Of a DNA stretch of 64,000 bases, positions 42,433 through 52,029 are shown piece by piece. This stretch comes from an uncultured Alphaproteobacteria bacterium. Lineage in GTDB: Bacteria; Pseudomonadota; Alphaproteobacteria; Rhizobiales; Xanthobacteraceae. Position 1 is the stretch's first letter. Every line of letters begins with the position of its first letter. The notes under the pieces were generated by a model, which was not told the DNA's origin, made no database searches, and saw only the letters and a list, made by a program, of their open reading frames with translations. The stretch covers positions 17,114 through 81,113 of the forward strand of contig CAWBTH010000034.1 of the NCBI GenBank assembly GCA_963791665.1, given 5' to 3'. The position numbers and the translations under genes are program-made.

Positions 42433-43485
42433 CTACGCCGTCTTCATCTGCGCGGTCGGCGTCGAGCGCGAGATCTTCAGCTCTTCCTCATTCATGTCGG
42501 TGCCGACATCGGCAAACAAGGGCGTAGAGAGGTAACGCTCGCCGGTGTCGGGCAGCATGCAGAGGATGTTCGAGCCGGGGGCTGCTTCGGCCGCGATCTT
42601 CAGCGCGCCTGCGAAGGTCGCGCCCGAGGTGATGCCGACGAAGATGCCTTCCTTGGCCGCCAGCTCCTTGGCGCAACGGATCGCCTCCGGTCCTGGAATC
42701 GGCAAGAGGCGATCGATCAGCTTCATCGCCACCGCGTCGCCGGTGATCTTCGGAATGAAGTCGGGCGTCCAGCCCTGCATCGGATGCGGCTTGAAGCTCG
42801 GATGCGGCGCGGCGGGTGTGCCGTCGGCATTGCGCTTCTGCTCAACGCCGCTGCCGAGCAACTGCGCATCTTCCGGCTCGCAGGCAATGATTTTCGTGTC
42901 AGGGCGTTCCTTCCTGAGGACCCGCGCGACGCCCTTCAGCGTGCCGCCGGTGCCGTAGCCGGTCACCCAATAGTCCAGCTTCGTGTCGGCGAAATCGTCG
43001 ATGATTTCGCGCGCGGTCGTCTTCGAGTGATAGTCGGGGTTGGCTTCGTTCTCGAACTGTCGCGACATCCACCAGCCATGGGTCTTGGCAAGCTCGATGG
43101 TCTTGTTGATCATGCCGACCGCGCGCTCGGCCGCCGGCGTGACCACGACCTTGGCGCCGAGGAAACGCATCAGCCTGCGCCGCTCGACGCTGAAGGTTTC
43201 CGCCATGGTGACGACAAGCGGATAGCCCTTGGCCGCGCACACCATGGCAAGGCCAATGCCGGTGTTGCCGCTGGTCGCCTCGACCACGGTCTGGCCGGGC
43301 TTCAGCTCGCCGGATTTTTCCGCGGCCTCGATCACGCCGAGCGCGAGGCGATCCTTCACCGAGCCGAGCGGATTGAAGGCTTCCACCTTCACGTACAAAT
43401 TTACGGATTTGGGCGCCAGCCGGTTGATCCGCACCACGGGCGTGTTGCCGACGGTTTCCAGGATGCTCTGGTATCTCTTGCCCAT
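42433..43485 (-). CDS. cysK: Cysteine synthase (PLP-dependent)
   Basis: NPLGSVKDR, EATSGNTG, GTGGT, PDTGERYLST. Confidence 0.9.
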   Translation of the reverse strand: MGKRYQSILETVGNTPVVRINRLAPKSVNLYVKVEAFNPLGSVKDRLALGVIEAAEKSGELKPGQTVVEATSGNTGIGLAMVCAAKGYPLVVTMAETFSVERRRLMRFLGAKVVVTPAAERAVGMINKTIELAKTHGWWMSRQFENEANPDYHSKTTAREIIDDFADTKLDYWVTGYGTGGTLKGVARVLRKERPDTKIIACEPEDAQLLGSGVEQKRNADGTPAAPHPSFKPHPMQGWTPDFIPKITGDAVAMKLIDRLLPIPGPEAIRCAKELAAKEGIFVGITSGATFAGALKIAAEAAPGSNILCMLPDTGERYLSTPLFADVGTDMNEEELKISRSTPTAQMKTA

Positions 43486-43656
43486 GGTGCTTACTCCAAG
43501 TTGTGATTCAGACTGTATTTTTCGAATGCAATTCGCGGCGGGACTATATCCGAACTGGATTGTCCGGCAATGTGAACTGGGCGATTTGCGCTCTCATTGC
43601 GCGTGGCTAAAAAGCGATGGAACGTGCTTTAATAGGTCCCCATTCAGGAGGATTTT

Positions 43657-45438
43657 TTGGCCAGCGAGCGCGTGGACCGGCGATTGGCGGCGGTGCTGGC
43701 GGCTGACATCGCGGGCTATAGCCGGCTGATGGGCCGCGATGAGGAGCGCACGCTCGCGCAATTGAAGTTGCTGCGGAAGACGCTGGTCGATCCCGGCATC
43801 GCCGAGCATCACGGCCGCATCGTCAAGACCACGGGCGACGGCATGCTGGTCGAGTTCTCCAGCGCCGTCGATGCGGCCCGCTGTGCGGTGGAAGTCCAGC
43901 GCGCGATGGCGGAGCGGAATGTCGACGTGCCGCCCGACCTGCGGATCGAGTTTCGCATGGGCATCCATGTCGGCGACATCATCTTCGACGACGACGATAT
44001 TTTCGGCGACGGCGTCAATATCGCGGCGCGCCTTGAGGGCATCGCCGAGCCGGGGGGCGTGTGCATCTCCGACGACGCCCATCGACAGGTCCGTGGCAAG
44101 GTGGATATCGCGTTCGACGACATCGGCGAGCAGTCCTTGAAGAACATCAGTGAGCCGATGCGCGCATGGCACATGAAGCTCACCGCCCGTGGCGCGCCGT
44201 CGAGCGCATCCGGTTCCGAGCCGGCGCGCCCGCGCGAACTCGCGCTACCGGACAAACCCTCCATCGTCGTGCTGCCGTTCGACAACATGTCGGCGGAGCC
44301 GGGTCAGGACTTTCTCGCCGACGGCATCGTCGAAGCGATCACCGCGGCGTTGTCCTGCATCAAATCCTTTTTCGTGATCGCGCGCAGCTCCGCCTTCACC
44401 TACAAGGGGCGCGCCACCGATGCGCGCGCCATCGGCAAGGAACTCGGCGTCGGCTATCTGCTCGAAGGCAGCGTGCAGAAGGTCGGCAACCGGCTGCGCA
44501 TCATCGTCCAGTTGATCGAGACCGAGGGCGGCACGCACGTCTGGAATTCGCGCTACGACGGCACGGTCGACGAGTTCTTCGACCTGCAGGACCGCATCAC
44601 CGAGCAGATCGCGGGCGCGCTGCAGCCTTCGATCCGTCTTGCCGAAATCGAGCGCTCGCGCCGCAGGCGGCCGCAGGACCTTGGCAGCTACGACTATACC
44701 ATGCGGGCGATGCCGCACGTCTGGGCGCTGGAAAAGGAAGAAAGCGCCCGGGCGCTCGGGCTGCTTGAGAAAGCGTTGGCCATCGATCCCGAATATCCGC
44801 TGGCGCTGGCGCTGACCGGTTGGTGCCACGCCCAGCGCTCCGTCTACAACTGGGCCGAGGACATCGCCGACAGTCAGGCCCAGGCGCGCTCGCTCGCCGA
44901 GCGGGCGGCGGCGCTCAGCGGCGACGATCCGCTGATCCTTGCGGTGCTCGGCGCGGTGCACACATTCGTGCGTAACTACGGCACCGCGCGGGTGCTGCTG
45001 GAGCGTGCGCTGGTGCTCGATCCCAATTGCGCCTGGGCCTGGAGCCGGCTCGGATGGATCGAGAACTATGCGGACCAGCCGGACAAGGCGATCGGAAATT
45101 TCGAGCGCGCCGTTCGGCTGAGCCCGATCGATCCGATGAACTTCAACAACTACGCCGGCATCGGCTCGGCGCATGAGGTGGCGCGGGAGTACGACCAGGC
45201 CGTGACTTTCTATCGGCGGGCGCTGCTGGAGCGGCCGCATGCGAACTGGCTCTACCGTAACCTGGCATCGGCGCTGGCAGGGGCGGGACAGACCGGGGAA
45301 GCAAGACAGGTGTTTGCGGAAATGATGCGGCACTATCCCGATCTGACGGTCGCGAAGTTCAAGCAGGCGATGGTGTTTTCTCCGGCGACCATGGAGCGGA
45401 TGGCGCGGCATCTCAGGAGCCTCGGGTTGCCGGAATAA
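43657..45438 (+). CDS. Class III adenylate/guanylate cyclase - TolB-N - TPR protein
   Basis: ADIAGYSRLM, KTTGDG, GDGVNIAARLE, PSIVVLPF, TPR repeats. Confidence 0.92.
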   Translation: MASERVDRRLAAVLAADIAGYSRLMGRDEERTLAQLKLLRKTLVDPGIAEHHGRIVKTTGDGMLVEFSSAVDAARCAVEVQRAMAERNVDVPPDLRIEFRMGIHVGDIIFDDDDIFGDGVNIAARLEGIAEPGGVCISDDAHRQVRGKVDIAFDDIGEQSLKNISEPMRAWHMKLTARGAPSSASGSEPARPRELALPDKPSIVVLPFDNMSAEPGQDFLADGIVEAITAALSCIKSFFVIARSSAFTYKGRATDARAIGKELGVGYLLEGSVQKVGNRLRIIVQLIETEGGTHVWNSRYDGTVDEFFDLQDRITEQIAGALQPSIRLAEIERSRRRRPQDLGSYDYTMRAMPHVWALEKEESARALGLLEKALAIDPEYPLALALTGWCHAQRSVYNWAEDIADSQAQARSLAERAAALSGDDPLILAVLGAVHTFVRNYGTARVLLERALVLDPNCAWAWSRLGWIENYADQPDKAIGNFERAVRLSPIDPMNFNNYAGIGSAHEVAREYDQAVTFYRRALLERPHANWLYRNLASALAGAGQTGEARQVFAEMMRHYPDLTVAKFKQAMVFSPATMERMARHLRSLGLPE

Positions 45439-45510
45439 CGCCGACGCCAGCGTGGAAGCGCGCCTCGCAAGCTCGAAGCGTCGCCTGCGAGGCCGACCAC
45501 TTGCTGCAGA

Positions 45511-45792
45511 TCAGGCCGCGGCTTCGGCCGTTGTCGGGTCGATCACCGAGCGGACGCGCGCGATGCTGTTGGCGGGAAAGCCGCCCTTCTGCGCATGCGT
45601 CCGCACCGACGCCTCGTCCGGCGCGACATAGACACAATAAATCTTGTCGTCTGTCACGAAGCTCTGGACCCACTGGATTTGCGGTCCCATGCCCTGCAGC
45701 ACGCCGCAGGACTTCTGCGAAATTGCCTGCAGCTCCTCTTTCGGCAATTTGCCGGCGCCGGTCAGTTCACGCTCGATCACGAATTTGGGCAT
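45511..45792 (-). CDS. DUF4242 (SCO4226-like) small protein
   Basis: MPKFVIER, W..S.V..DKIYCVY.AP, HA..GGFPAN. Confidence 0.85.
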   Translation of the reverse strand: MPKFVIERELTGAGKLPKEELQAISQKSCGVLQGMGPQIQWVQSFVTDDKIYCVYVAPDEASVRTHAQKGGFPANSIARVRSVIDPTTAEAAA

Positions 45793-45926
45793 TGTCCTCG
45801 CTCCGCATGTTGATGAGGGCGCGGCTTGCGCCCTCGCGGACAAGAGTGAGGACGCAGACGCGTTTGTCGTGGGGCTAAGGTCCTCGTCGAACGAGATTGT
45901 CGGATCGGAAACCGGGACAGTTGTCC

Positions 45927-47009
45927 CTATCGGCGCGCGGCCGTACGCGTGCCAAGTCCAGCGTCGCGCGCGCGTACAATCGCCTGATAGCGGTGCTGCA
46001 CCTGAATTTTGTCGAATACGCGCGTAATGTTGTTGCGGACCGTCTTCTCCGAGAGGCCGAGAGCTGTTGCGATCTCGGAATTGTCGAGTCCGTCCGCGAT
46101 GGCTTCGAGAACGCTGCGTTCGCGGCCGGTCAGTTCGTCCAGCGGAAGATCGGGACGCCTCGATGTCACCGCATCAGGTTTGGCCAGAAACGACTGGATT
46201 TCGGCAACGAGCTGCGGCCACTCGGGTTCATCGGGCAGCGGCATGTGATTCTGGCTGTCGATCTGAAGGAAGCGGCAGTCCGGGATAAGGCCGGCAAGAA
46301 GGCGGCCTTCAGCGATTGGAACGGCGCAATCGCGCTCGGCATGGATGACAAGAACGGGGCATTTCAGCTTGCGCGCGGCCTCACGCACATCCGCGCTCCA
46401 GCCGATTTCGAGCAGGCGTACGGCGTTCTCGGCGGTCGTTGCGAGGCGCATCTGCTCCGCCCAGGAGCGCAGATAGTCCAGCGTGCCGCCGGGTTGAAAC
46501 GTCGACGACCAGACCTGCATGAAGGCGTCATTCTCCTTGCCCCATCCCAAGCGCGTGAGCTCGAGCATCAGCCGCGCCTTTCTGGTCACCGCCGGCTTGC
46601 CAACCTGCAAACGTCCGCGGGCATAGGTGCCATAGAGAACGAGGTGACTGACGCGGTTCGGATAGCGCGCCGCATATTCGATGGCGACGGGGCCGCCCCA
46701 ACACGTCGCAAGGATTGGAAAGCGGTCAAATCCCGCCGCGTCGACCACGCGAGCGAGGTCGTCAACCCAATTCTCGAACGAAAGTTTATCAGTGTCACGG
46801 TCCGACAGACCGCAGCCGCGCAAATCGTGGCGCAAAACCGTGAAACCCCGGAAGGCATCGAGCCAGGGACGCCATGCGAGGCTTCGCCATTGATGCTCGA
46901 GATGCGTGAGCCAGGTCGACGCCATGACCAGCGGCGGCCCGTCGCCGGTGACGGCATAGGCCAGCTTCACCCCGTCATTGGCGGTGCAAAAGCGGATGTC
47001 CTGGCTCAT
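45927..47009 (-). CDS. Alpha/beta-hydrolase-fold sensor fused to a LuxR HTH
   Basis: D.RG.GLSD, TCWGG, C-terminal LT.RE..VL..IA.GL.N.EIA..L.LSEKTV. Confidence 0.9.
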   Translation of the reverse strand: MSQDIRFCTANDGVKLAYAVTGDGPPLVMASTWLTHLEHQWRSLAWRPWLDAFRGFTVLRHDLRGCGLSDRDTDKLSFENWVDDLARVVDAAGFDRFPILATCWGGPVAIEYAARYPNRVSHLVLYGTYARGRLQVGKPAVTRKARLMLELTRLGWGKENDAFMQVWSSTFQPGGTLDYLRSWAEQMRLATTAENAVRLLEIGWSADVREAARKLKCPVLVIHAERDCAVPIAEGRLLAGLIPDCRFLQIDSQNHMPLPDEPEWPQLVAEIQSFLAKPDAVTSRRPDLPLDELTGRERSVLEAIADGLDNSEIATALGLSEKTVRNNITRVFDKIQVQHRYQAIVRARDAGLGTRTAARR

Positions 47010-47177
47010 GGCAATATGGTGCGCTTCACGCGCACACTATATGGCGGCCGGGGTGGCCTGCACACCTAATAATGACCCGGCGTGGTCGTCGGTAGGGAGC
47101 GCACCCCAACAAACTGGATGTGGAGGACTTGGCCGCCCGCTTGCGCTATCCTCACGACAAAACAAAGGGAGGAAACC

Positions 47178-47492
47178 ATGTCCGCTGCCTTTTTCGTCGT
47201 CCGCGCCACCGTCAAGGATCCCGCCAAACGCAAGGCCTTCGACACCTGGTATCAGACCGAGCATCTGCCCGACGCCGCGAAATCCTTCGGCGTGGTCAAG
47301 GCGTGGCGGTTCTGGAGCCTCACCGATCCGTCATTGCATCAGGCGACCTATCAGTTCGCCGACGAAGCCTCGCTCGATCGCGCCATGAATGGCGCGGACC
47401 TGAAGCGCCTCGTCGCCGATTTCAATCGCGACTGGCCGGACGTCACGCGCACGCGCGAGACGTTTGTCTTGGCGGAGGAGTTCGCGGCGTAG
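47178..47492 (+). CDS. Small hypothetical protein (EthD/Dabb-like)
   Basis: GGAGG RBS; FD.WY..EHLPD. Confidence 0.75.
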   Translation: MSAAFFVVRATVKDPAKRKAFDTWYQTEHLPDAAKSFGVVKAWRFWSLTDPSLHQATYQFADEASLDRAMNGADLKRLVADFNRDWPDVTRTRETFVLAEEFAA

Positions 47493-47496
47493 TTCT

Positions 47497-47631
47497 TGTC
47501 GTCCCGGCCAAGCGAAGCGCCGAGCCGGGACCCATACCGCGTGATTTCTGTAAATGGCAGGCTGGTAGCGGCGCCTATCTTCGCCAAATGAAGTCCTGTG
47601 GTTATGGGCCCCCGCTTCCGCGGGGGCGACA
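47497..47631. repeat. Composite palindromic intergenic element
   Basis: TGTCGTCCCGGC...GCCGGGACCCATA / TATGGGCCCCCGC..GCGGGGGCGACA. Confidence 0.75.
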
Positions 47632-47638
47632 GCATCTA

Positions 47639-48652
47639 TTACTTCCCCAAAAACCCGAGCAGCAGCTCGTCATACTTCGCCCGCGCTTCCAAGAACACCA
47701 GATGTCCGGTGTTCGGGATGACCTCGGTGCGCGCGTTGGCCATCAGCGCCGTGAGCGCTTGCGCCAGCTCGGCGTTGTGACCCATCTTCGCGCGCAACGC
47801 TTCCGGCGCGGACGCGCGGCCCGGCGCGTTGTGATCGTCTGATCCCATCACGAACAGCGTCGGCTGCGAGATCAAGGGGATCTCGTGCACCACCGGCTCG
47901 CGATAGATCATCTGGTAGGACGAGGCGAAGGCGCGCAGCCAGCGCGGATAATCGGCGCTGCCCTTGATGCCGAAGCGGGAGTCGATGAACGGCGTCACCT
48001 GGTCCGCCGGCAATTTCAGCGCATAGTTGGTCTCGAGCTGCTTGCGATAAGCCTCGGCGGTGAGCTTGCTCTCGTTCTCGATGATCCGCTCGGTCGGTAC
48101 CGGCGGCACATAGAGCCGATAGTCCTCGAGCCCGATCGGCGCGGTCAGTACCAGGTGAGTGACGCGGTCGGGATAGGCGCGCGCGATCCGCACCGCGAGC
48201 ATGCCGCCCATGGAATGGGCGACGATGTCGGTCTTGGCGATCTGCAGGTGGTCGAGCAGCGCCATGGTGTTGCGCGCCAGATTGTCGAAATGCAGTTCGC
48301 CTGAGGGTTTGGAGGACTTGCCGAACCCGATCTGGTCCGGCACCACCACGCGGTAGCCGGCATCGCGCAGTGTCGTGATCACCGGCGCCCAGTAGCTTGA
48401 CGGAAAATTACGTCCGTGCAGCAGCACCACGGCGCGGCCGTTCGGCTGGCCGGAGGCGCCGATGTCCATATAGGCCATCTTGAGGTGCTCGCCCTCATTG
48501 GTCACGTCGAACTGGCTGACGAGGAAGGGATAGGCGAAGCCTTCGAGATTGATGCCGTAGGGCTCGCGCGGCGCGTCGGCGGCGAGCGCGGGGGTGAAGA
48601 GGAGGGTGGCGCAGAGCGCGGCAAAGAAGATGTTTCGCATGAGCCGGCTCAT
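47639..48652 (-). CDS. Exported alpha/beta hydrolase
   Basis: Signal peptide, LLHG, DQIGFGKS, AHSMGG, GH. Confidence 0.9.
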   Translation of the reverse strand: MSRLMRNIFFAALCATLLFTPALAADAPREPYGINLEGFAYPFLVSQFDVTNEGEHLKMAYMDIGASGQPNGRAVVLLHGRNFPSSYWAPVITTLRDAGYRVVVPDQIGFGKSSKPSGELHFDNLARNTMALLDHLQIAKTDIVAHSMGGMLAVRIARAYPDRVTHLVLTAPIGLEDYRLYVPPVPTERIIENESKLTAEAYRKQLETNYALKLPADQVTPFIDSRFGIKGSADYPRWLRAFASSYQMIYREPVVHEIPLISQPTLFVMGSDDHNAPGRASAPEALRAKMGHNAELAQALTALMANARTEVIPNTGHLVFLEARAKYDELLLGFLGK

Positions 48653-48662
48653 AAAGACGTAG

Positions 48663-48695
48663 ATGGCCGGGTCAAGCCTGGTCAAGCCCGGCCAT
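48663..48695. repeat. Palindromic element
   Basis: ATGGCCGGG...CCCGGCCAT with duplicated GGTCAAGCC. Confidence 0.7.
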
Positions 48696-48716
48696 GACAA
48701 ACCATTGTGAACAGAA

Positions 48717-49415
48717 TCAGCCTTCGCCGTTCGGGAACAGCGCGGCAAATCGCTTCTCGCCCGTGCGGGTGAAATTCACCACGCGGCTGCCGGGTGCGGA
48801 ATCGCGCGCGGCCCATTTCAGTTCGGTGAAGCGGTTCATCATGGCCGCACCCAGCGTGCCCGCCAGATGATGCCGCCGCTCGCTCCAGTCGAGGCAGGCC
48901 TTGCACACGGGACGGCGTGGATGGGTGAGCGCCTCGGGCGCGATCTGCAAATTCTTCTCCAGGAAGCGCGCGCCTTCGGCGGTCAGCTCGATATCCTGTT
49001 TTTTTTGCCGCACCAGCTTCTGGTCGCGCATGCTGTCGAGCATCTGGACGCCGAGATCGCCGGCCAGATGGTCGTAGCAGATGCGGGCGCGGCGCAGTGC
49101 CGGATCTTTCGGCCCGGTGCGCACGCGCATGTGGCCGACGCGGGCGGCCAGACCGTCCAGCATCTCCAGCAGGCCGGCGATGTCGTCGCCGGTGAGGCGG
49201 TAGTAACGGTGACGGCCCTGTTTCTCGGGTTCGACGAGACCGCCGGCCTCGAGCTTCGCCAAATGCGAACTCGCGGTCTGCGGCGTGATGCCGGCTTCCT
49301 GCGCCAGCTCGCTCGCGGTCAGCGCCCGGCCGTTCATCAGCGCGGTCAGCATGTTGGCGCGGGCGGGATCGCCGACCAGAGAGGCGATGATGGTGATGTC
49401 GGGTCCTGCTTTCAT
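48717..49415 (-). CDS. ArsR/SmtB-family regulator
   Basis: DPARA, TASELA, TASSHL, GRHRYY, ARICYDHLAG, CLDWSERR.HLAG. Confidence 0.9.
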   Translation of the reverse strand: MKAGPDITIIASLVGDPARANMLTALMNGRALTASELAQEAGITPQTASSHLAKLEAGGLVEPEKQGRHRYYRLTGDDIAGLLEMLDGLAARVGHMRVRTGPKDPALRRARICYDHLAGDLGVQMLDSMRDQKLVRQKKQDIELTAEGARFLEKNLQIAPEALTHPRRPVCKACLDWSERRHHLAGTLGAAMMNRFTELKWAARDSAPGSRVVNFTRTGEKRFAALFPNGEG

Positions 49416-49465
49416 GCTTCGACGATAGCCGAAGCATCGTCGTCAAACAAGGGTTATAGTTCTCA

Positions 49466-49553
49466 CGTCATTGCGAGGAGCGCAGCGACGAAGCAATCCA
49501 GAATCTTTCCTCGGCGAAAGTGTCTGGATTGCTTCGCTCCGCTCGCAATGACG
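49466..49553. repeat. CGTC-type palindromic element
   Basis: CGTCATTGCGAG..GAAGCAATCCAG / CTGGATTGCTTC..CTCGCAATGACG. Confidence 0.85.
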
Positions 49554-49574
49554 AGCATAACAATTGAGGTTCCC

Positions 49575-49883
49575 ATGACGGTCACCGTGTTCATTCGCTA
49601 TCTGCTCGATCCGTTCAAGCGCGCGCAGTTCGAGGAGTATTCCAAGCGCTGGCTGTCGATCATTCCGCGCTGCGGCGGCGACCTGATCGGCTACTGGATG
49701 CCGCATGAGGGCACCAACAACATCGCCTTTGCGCTGATCTCGTTCGAAAGCCTTGCGGCCTACGAGGCCTATCGCGCAGGGCTGCGTAACGACAGGGAAG
49801 GCATGGCGAATTTCAACTTTGCCGAGGACAACAAGTTCATCCTCGCCGAAGAGCGCACCTTCCTGCGTAAGGTGGTCGCCTGA
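49575..49883 (+). CDS. NIPSNAP-family protein
   Basis: IPRCGG.LIGYW.PHEGTNN, SLAAYEAYR, EERTFL. Confidence 0.88.
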   Translation: MTVTVFIRYLLDPFKRAQFEEYSKRWLSIIPRCGGDLIGYWMPHEGTNNIAFALISFESLAAYEAYRAGLRNDREGMANFNFAEDNKFILAEERTFLRKVVA

Positions 49884-49966
49884 CTGGCAGGAGATGGCAG
49901 CACTGGCGGGTTCGCGCTCGGGCGGCTATCTAGATCGCAAGCAAATCGATAACAAAGGGAGAGGTC

Positions 49967-50782
49967 ATGCCGGTTTCGACAGCGGACAAGCGCGCCACAT
50001 TCAAGAAGATGCATGAGAGCGGCTGCTTCATCATTCCCAATCCCTTCGATGTCGGCAGCGCGGTCGCGCTGCAAAAGCTCGGCTTCAAGGCGCTGGCCTC
50101 GACCAGCGCCGGTTTCGCCTGGACCATTGCCAAGGCCGACAACCGCGTCACCGTCGACGACGTCTGCAGCCATCTCACCGCGATCTGCGCGGCGGTCGAT
50201 ATTCCCGTAAATGCCGACTACGAGGACGGCTTTGCCCACGAGCCGGATAAGGTCGCGGTCAATGTCGGGCGCGCGGTGGCGACCGGCGTCGCCGGCCTCT
50301 CGATCGAGGATTTCACCGGCGATGCCGCAAAGCCGCTGTTCGACCGCACGCTCGCAGTCGAGCGCCTCAAGGCGGCGCGCCAGGCGATCGACGCCGACAA
50401 GAGTGGCGTGCTGCTCACCGGCCGCTGCGAAGCGTTTTTGCGCGGGGTCAAGGATATGGATCTGGTGATCGATCGTCTGAACGCCTACGCCGAAGCCGGC
50501 GCCGAATGCCTCTACGCCCCGGGCATCGCGACCAAAGAAGAGATTTCCACCGTCGTGAAGGCGGTCGCGCCAAGGCCGGTCAATCTTTTGATCGGCGCTT
50601 GGGGCCTGTCGCTCAGGGATGTCGAGGCGCTCGGCGTGCGCCGCATCTCGGTCGGCGGCTCGTTGGCGCGCACCGCCTGGACCGGCTTCATGAAGACGGC
50701 AAAGGAAATGGCGGAGAAAGGGACCTTTACCGAGCTGGCCAACGGCTATCCCGGCGGCGAGCTGAACAAGATGTTCGGGTAG
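49967..50782 (+). CDS. Isocitrate lyase/PEP mutase family protein
   Basis: PNPFD.GSA, STSAG, AD.EDG, G.SIED, RRISVG. Confidence 0.9.
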   Translation: MPVSTADKRATFKKMHESGCFIIPNPFDVGSAVALQKLGFKALASTSAGFAWTIAKADNRVTVDDVCSHLTAICAAVDIPVNADYEDGFAHEPDKVAVNVGRAVATGVAGLSIEDFTGDAAKPLFDRTLAVERLKAARQAIDADKSGVLLTGRCEAFLRGVKDMDLVIDRLNAYAEAGAECLYAPGIATKEEISTVVKAVAPRPVNLLIGAWGLSLRDVEALGVRRISVGGSLARTAWTGFMKTAKEMAEKGTFTELANGYPGGELNKMFG

Positions 50783-50803
50783 GGACTGTCCCTGCACGCA
50801 AAG

Positions 50804-50835
50804 AAAAACGCAGCGGGCGAACCCGCTGCGTTTTT
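50804..50835. terminator. Bidirectional intrinsic terminator
   Basis: AAAAACGCAGCGGG-CGAA-CCCGCTGCGTTTTT between convergent genes. Confidence 0.9.
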
Positions 50836-50855
50836 GTTTTGGTCGGCTCAAGCCG

Positions 50856-51260
50856 CTACTGCTTGTCCATGCCCTGCGGCGAGGACTGCGGCGGCATCGG
50901 ATTGCTCGGCGCCGCGCCCGTGGTGGTGCCAGGCGAAGTGTTCGGCCGCGGCGTCACGTCGCGCATGCCAGGAGGCGGTGCCGCCGGCTGGCTCTGCGCC
51001 ACGGTTGGCGGCGTGGTCTGCGCCTCGTGCACGCTGGTGTTGTTCAGGCCGTAGAACACGGCGCCCAGCACCAGCGCGATGCCGAGCGCGAACAGCGCGA
51101 TCTTCCCACTGGAGGCCGGACCCTCGTCCAGCTCGGGGTCGGCTTGCAGCTCGGTGTCGAAACGGGACGGGCGGCCGACTTCATCACTCAGGCCGGAACG
51201 ATAGGGATCGCTGACGCGACCGGGATCATAGGGATCGTTCGGGATATTTTGGTTGGCCAT
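50856..51260 (-). CDS. Single-TM Pro/Thr-rich hypothetical protein
   Basis: AGGAGG RBS, central TM segment, low-complexity tail. Confidence 0.78.
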   Translation of the reverse strand: MANQNIPNDPYDPGRVSDPYRSGLSDEVGRPSRFDTELQADPELDEGPASSGKIALFALGIALVLGAVFYGLNNTSVHEAQTTPPTVAQSQPAAPPPGMRDVTPRPNTSPGTTTGAAPSNPMPPQSSPQGMDKQ

Positions 51261-51384
51261 GACGAAATTCCTCCTTTAGTCGCAAGACAACCTTCATCCG
51301 GGCGTCGGGTTCCGGCTTACCGGCTTGTTCCACAGGGAACTCGGACCTTAAAATTGAGACAACCGCGACTTGAAGGAGGCCCGC

Positions 51385-52026
51385 ATGTGGAACCTGCCGC
51401 CCGCCGACAGCGTCCTGCATTTCCTGCAATACGTTGCGCTGGCGGCCCAAGCGATGACGGCTGCACTGGCCGCAGGCCGGCGCAGCATGGATTGGGCCGG
51501 CGTCTGCATGCTCGGCGCCATCACCGCACTTGGCGGCGGTACGCTGCGCGACGTCATGCTCGGGCATTATCCGCTGGTGTGGGTCGCGAACCCGTCCTTC
51601 CTTGCAATCGCGGGGATCGCGGCGTTCATCACCATCCTGATCGCGCGCGTCGTGCACCGGCTCAATGTCGCATTCCTGGTGCTGGATGCGATCGGCCTCG
51701 TCGTCTTCACCATGGCGGGCTGCGACATCGCCTGGCAGATGGATGCCTCGCTGCCGATCGTGATCGTCGCCGGCATGATCACCGGCTGTGCCGGCGGCGT
51801 GCTGCGCGACATCCTCTGCAACGATGTGCCGCTGTTGTTTCGCTCCGAGCTTTACGCCAGCGTTTCTGTCGTCACCGGGCTGTTCTATGCGACCGCGTTT
51901 GGATTGAAGCTGAACAACGAGGTCTGGACCGCGCTCACCTTTGCGCTCGGCGTTACCTTCCGCCTGCTTGCGATCCGCTTCAAATGGGAGATGCCGAAAT
52001 TCGTCTTCAACAGCGGCGAGCGGTAA
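51385..52026 (+). CDS. TRIC/UPF0126 (YadS-like) membrane protein
   Basis: Duplicated GGGTLRD and AGGVLRD motifs, LDAIGL. Confidence 0.92.
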   Translation: MWNLPPADSVLHFLQYVALAAQAMTAALAAGRRSMDWAGVCMLGAITALGGGTLRDVMLGHYPLVWVANPSFLAIAGIAAFITILIARVVHRLNVAFLVLDAIGLVVFTMAGCDIAWQMDASLPIVIVAGMITGCAGGVLRDILCNDVPLLFRSELYASVSVVTGLFYATAFGLKLNNEVWTALTFALGVTFRLLAIRFKWEMPKFVFNSGER

Positions 52027-52029
52027 GGA

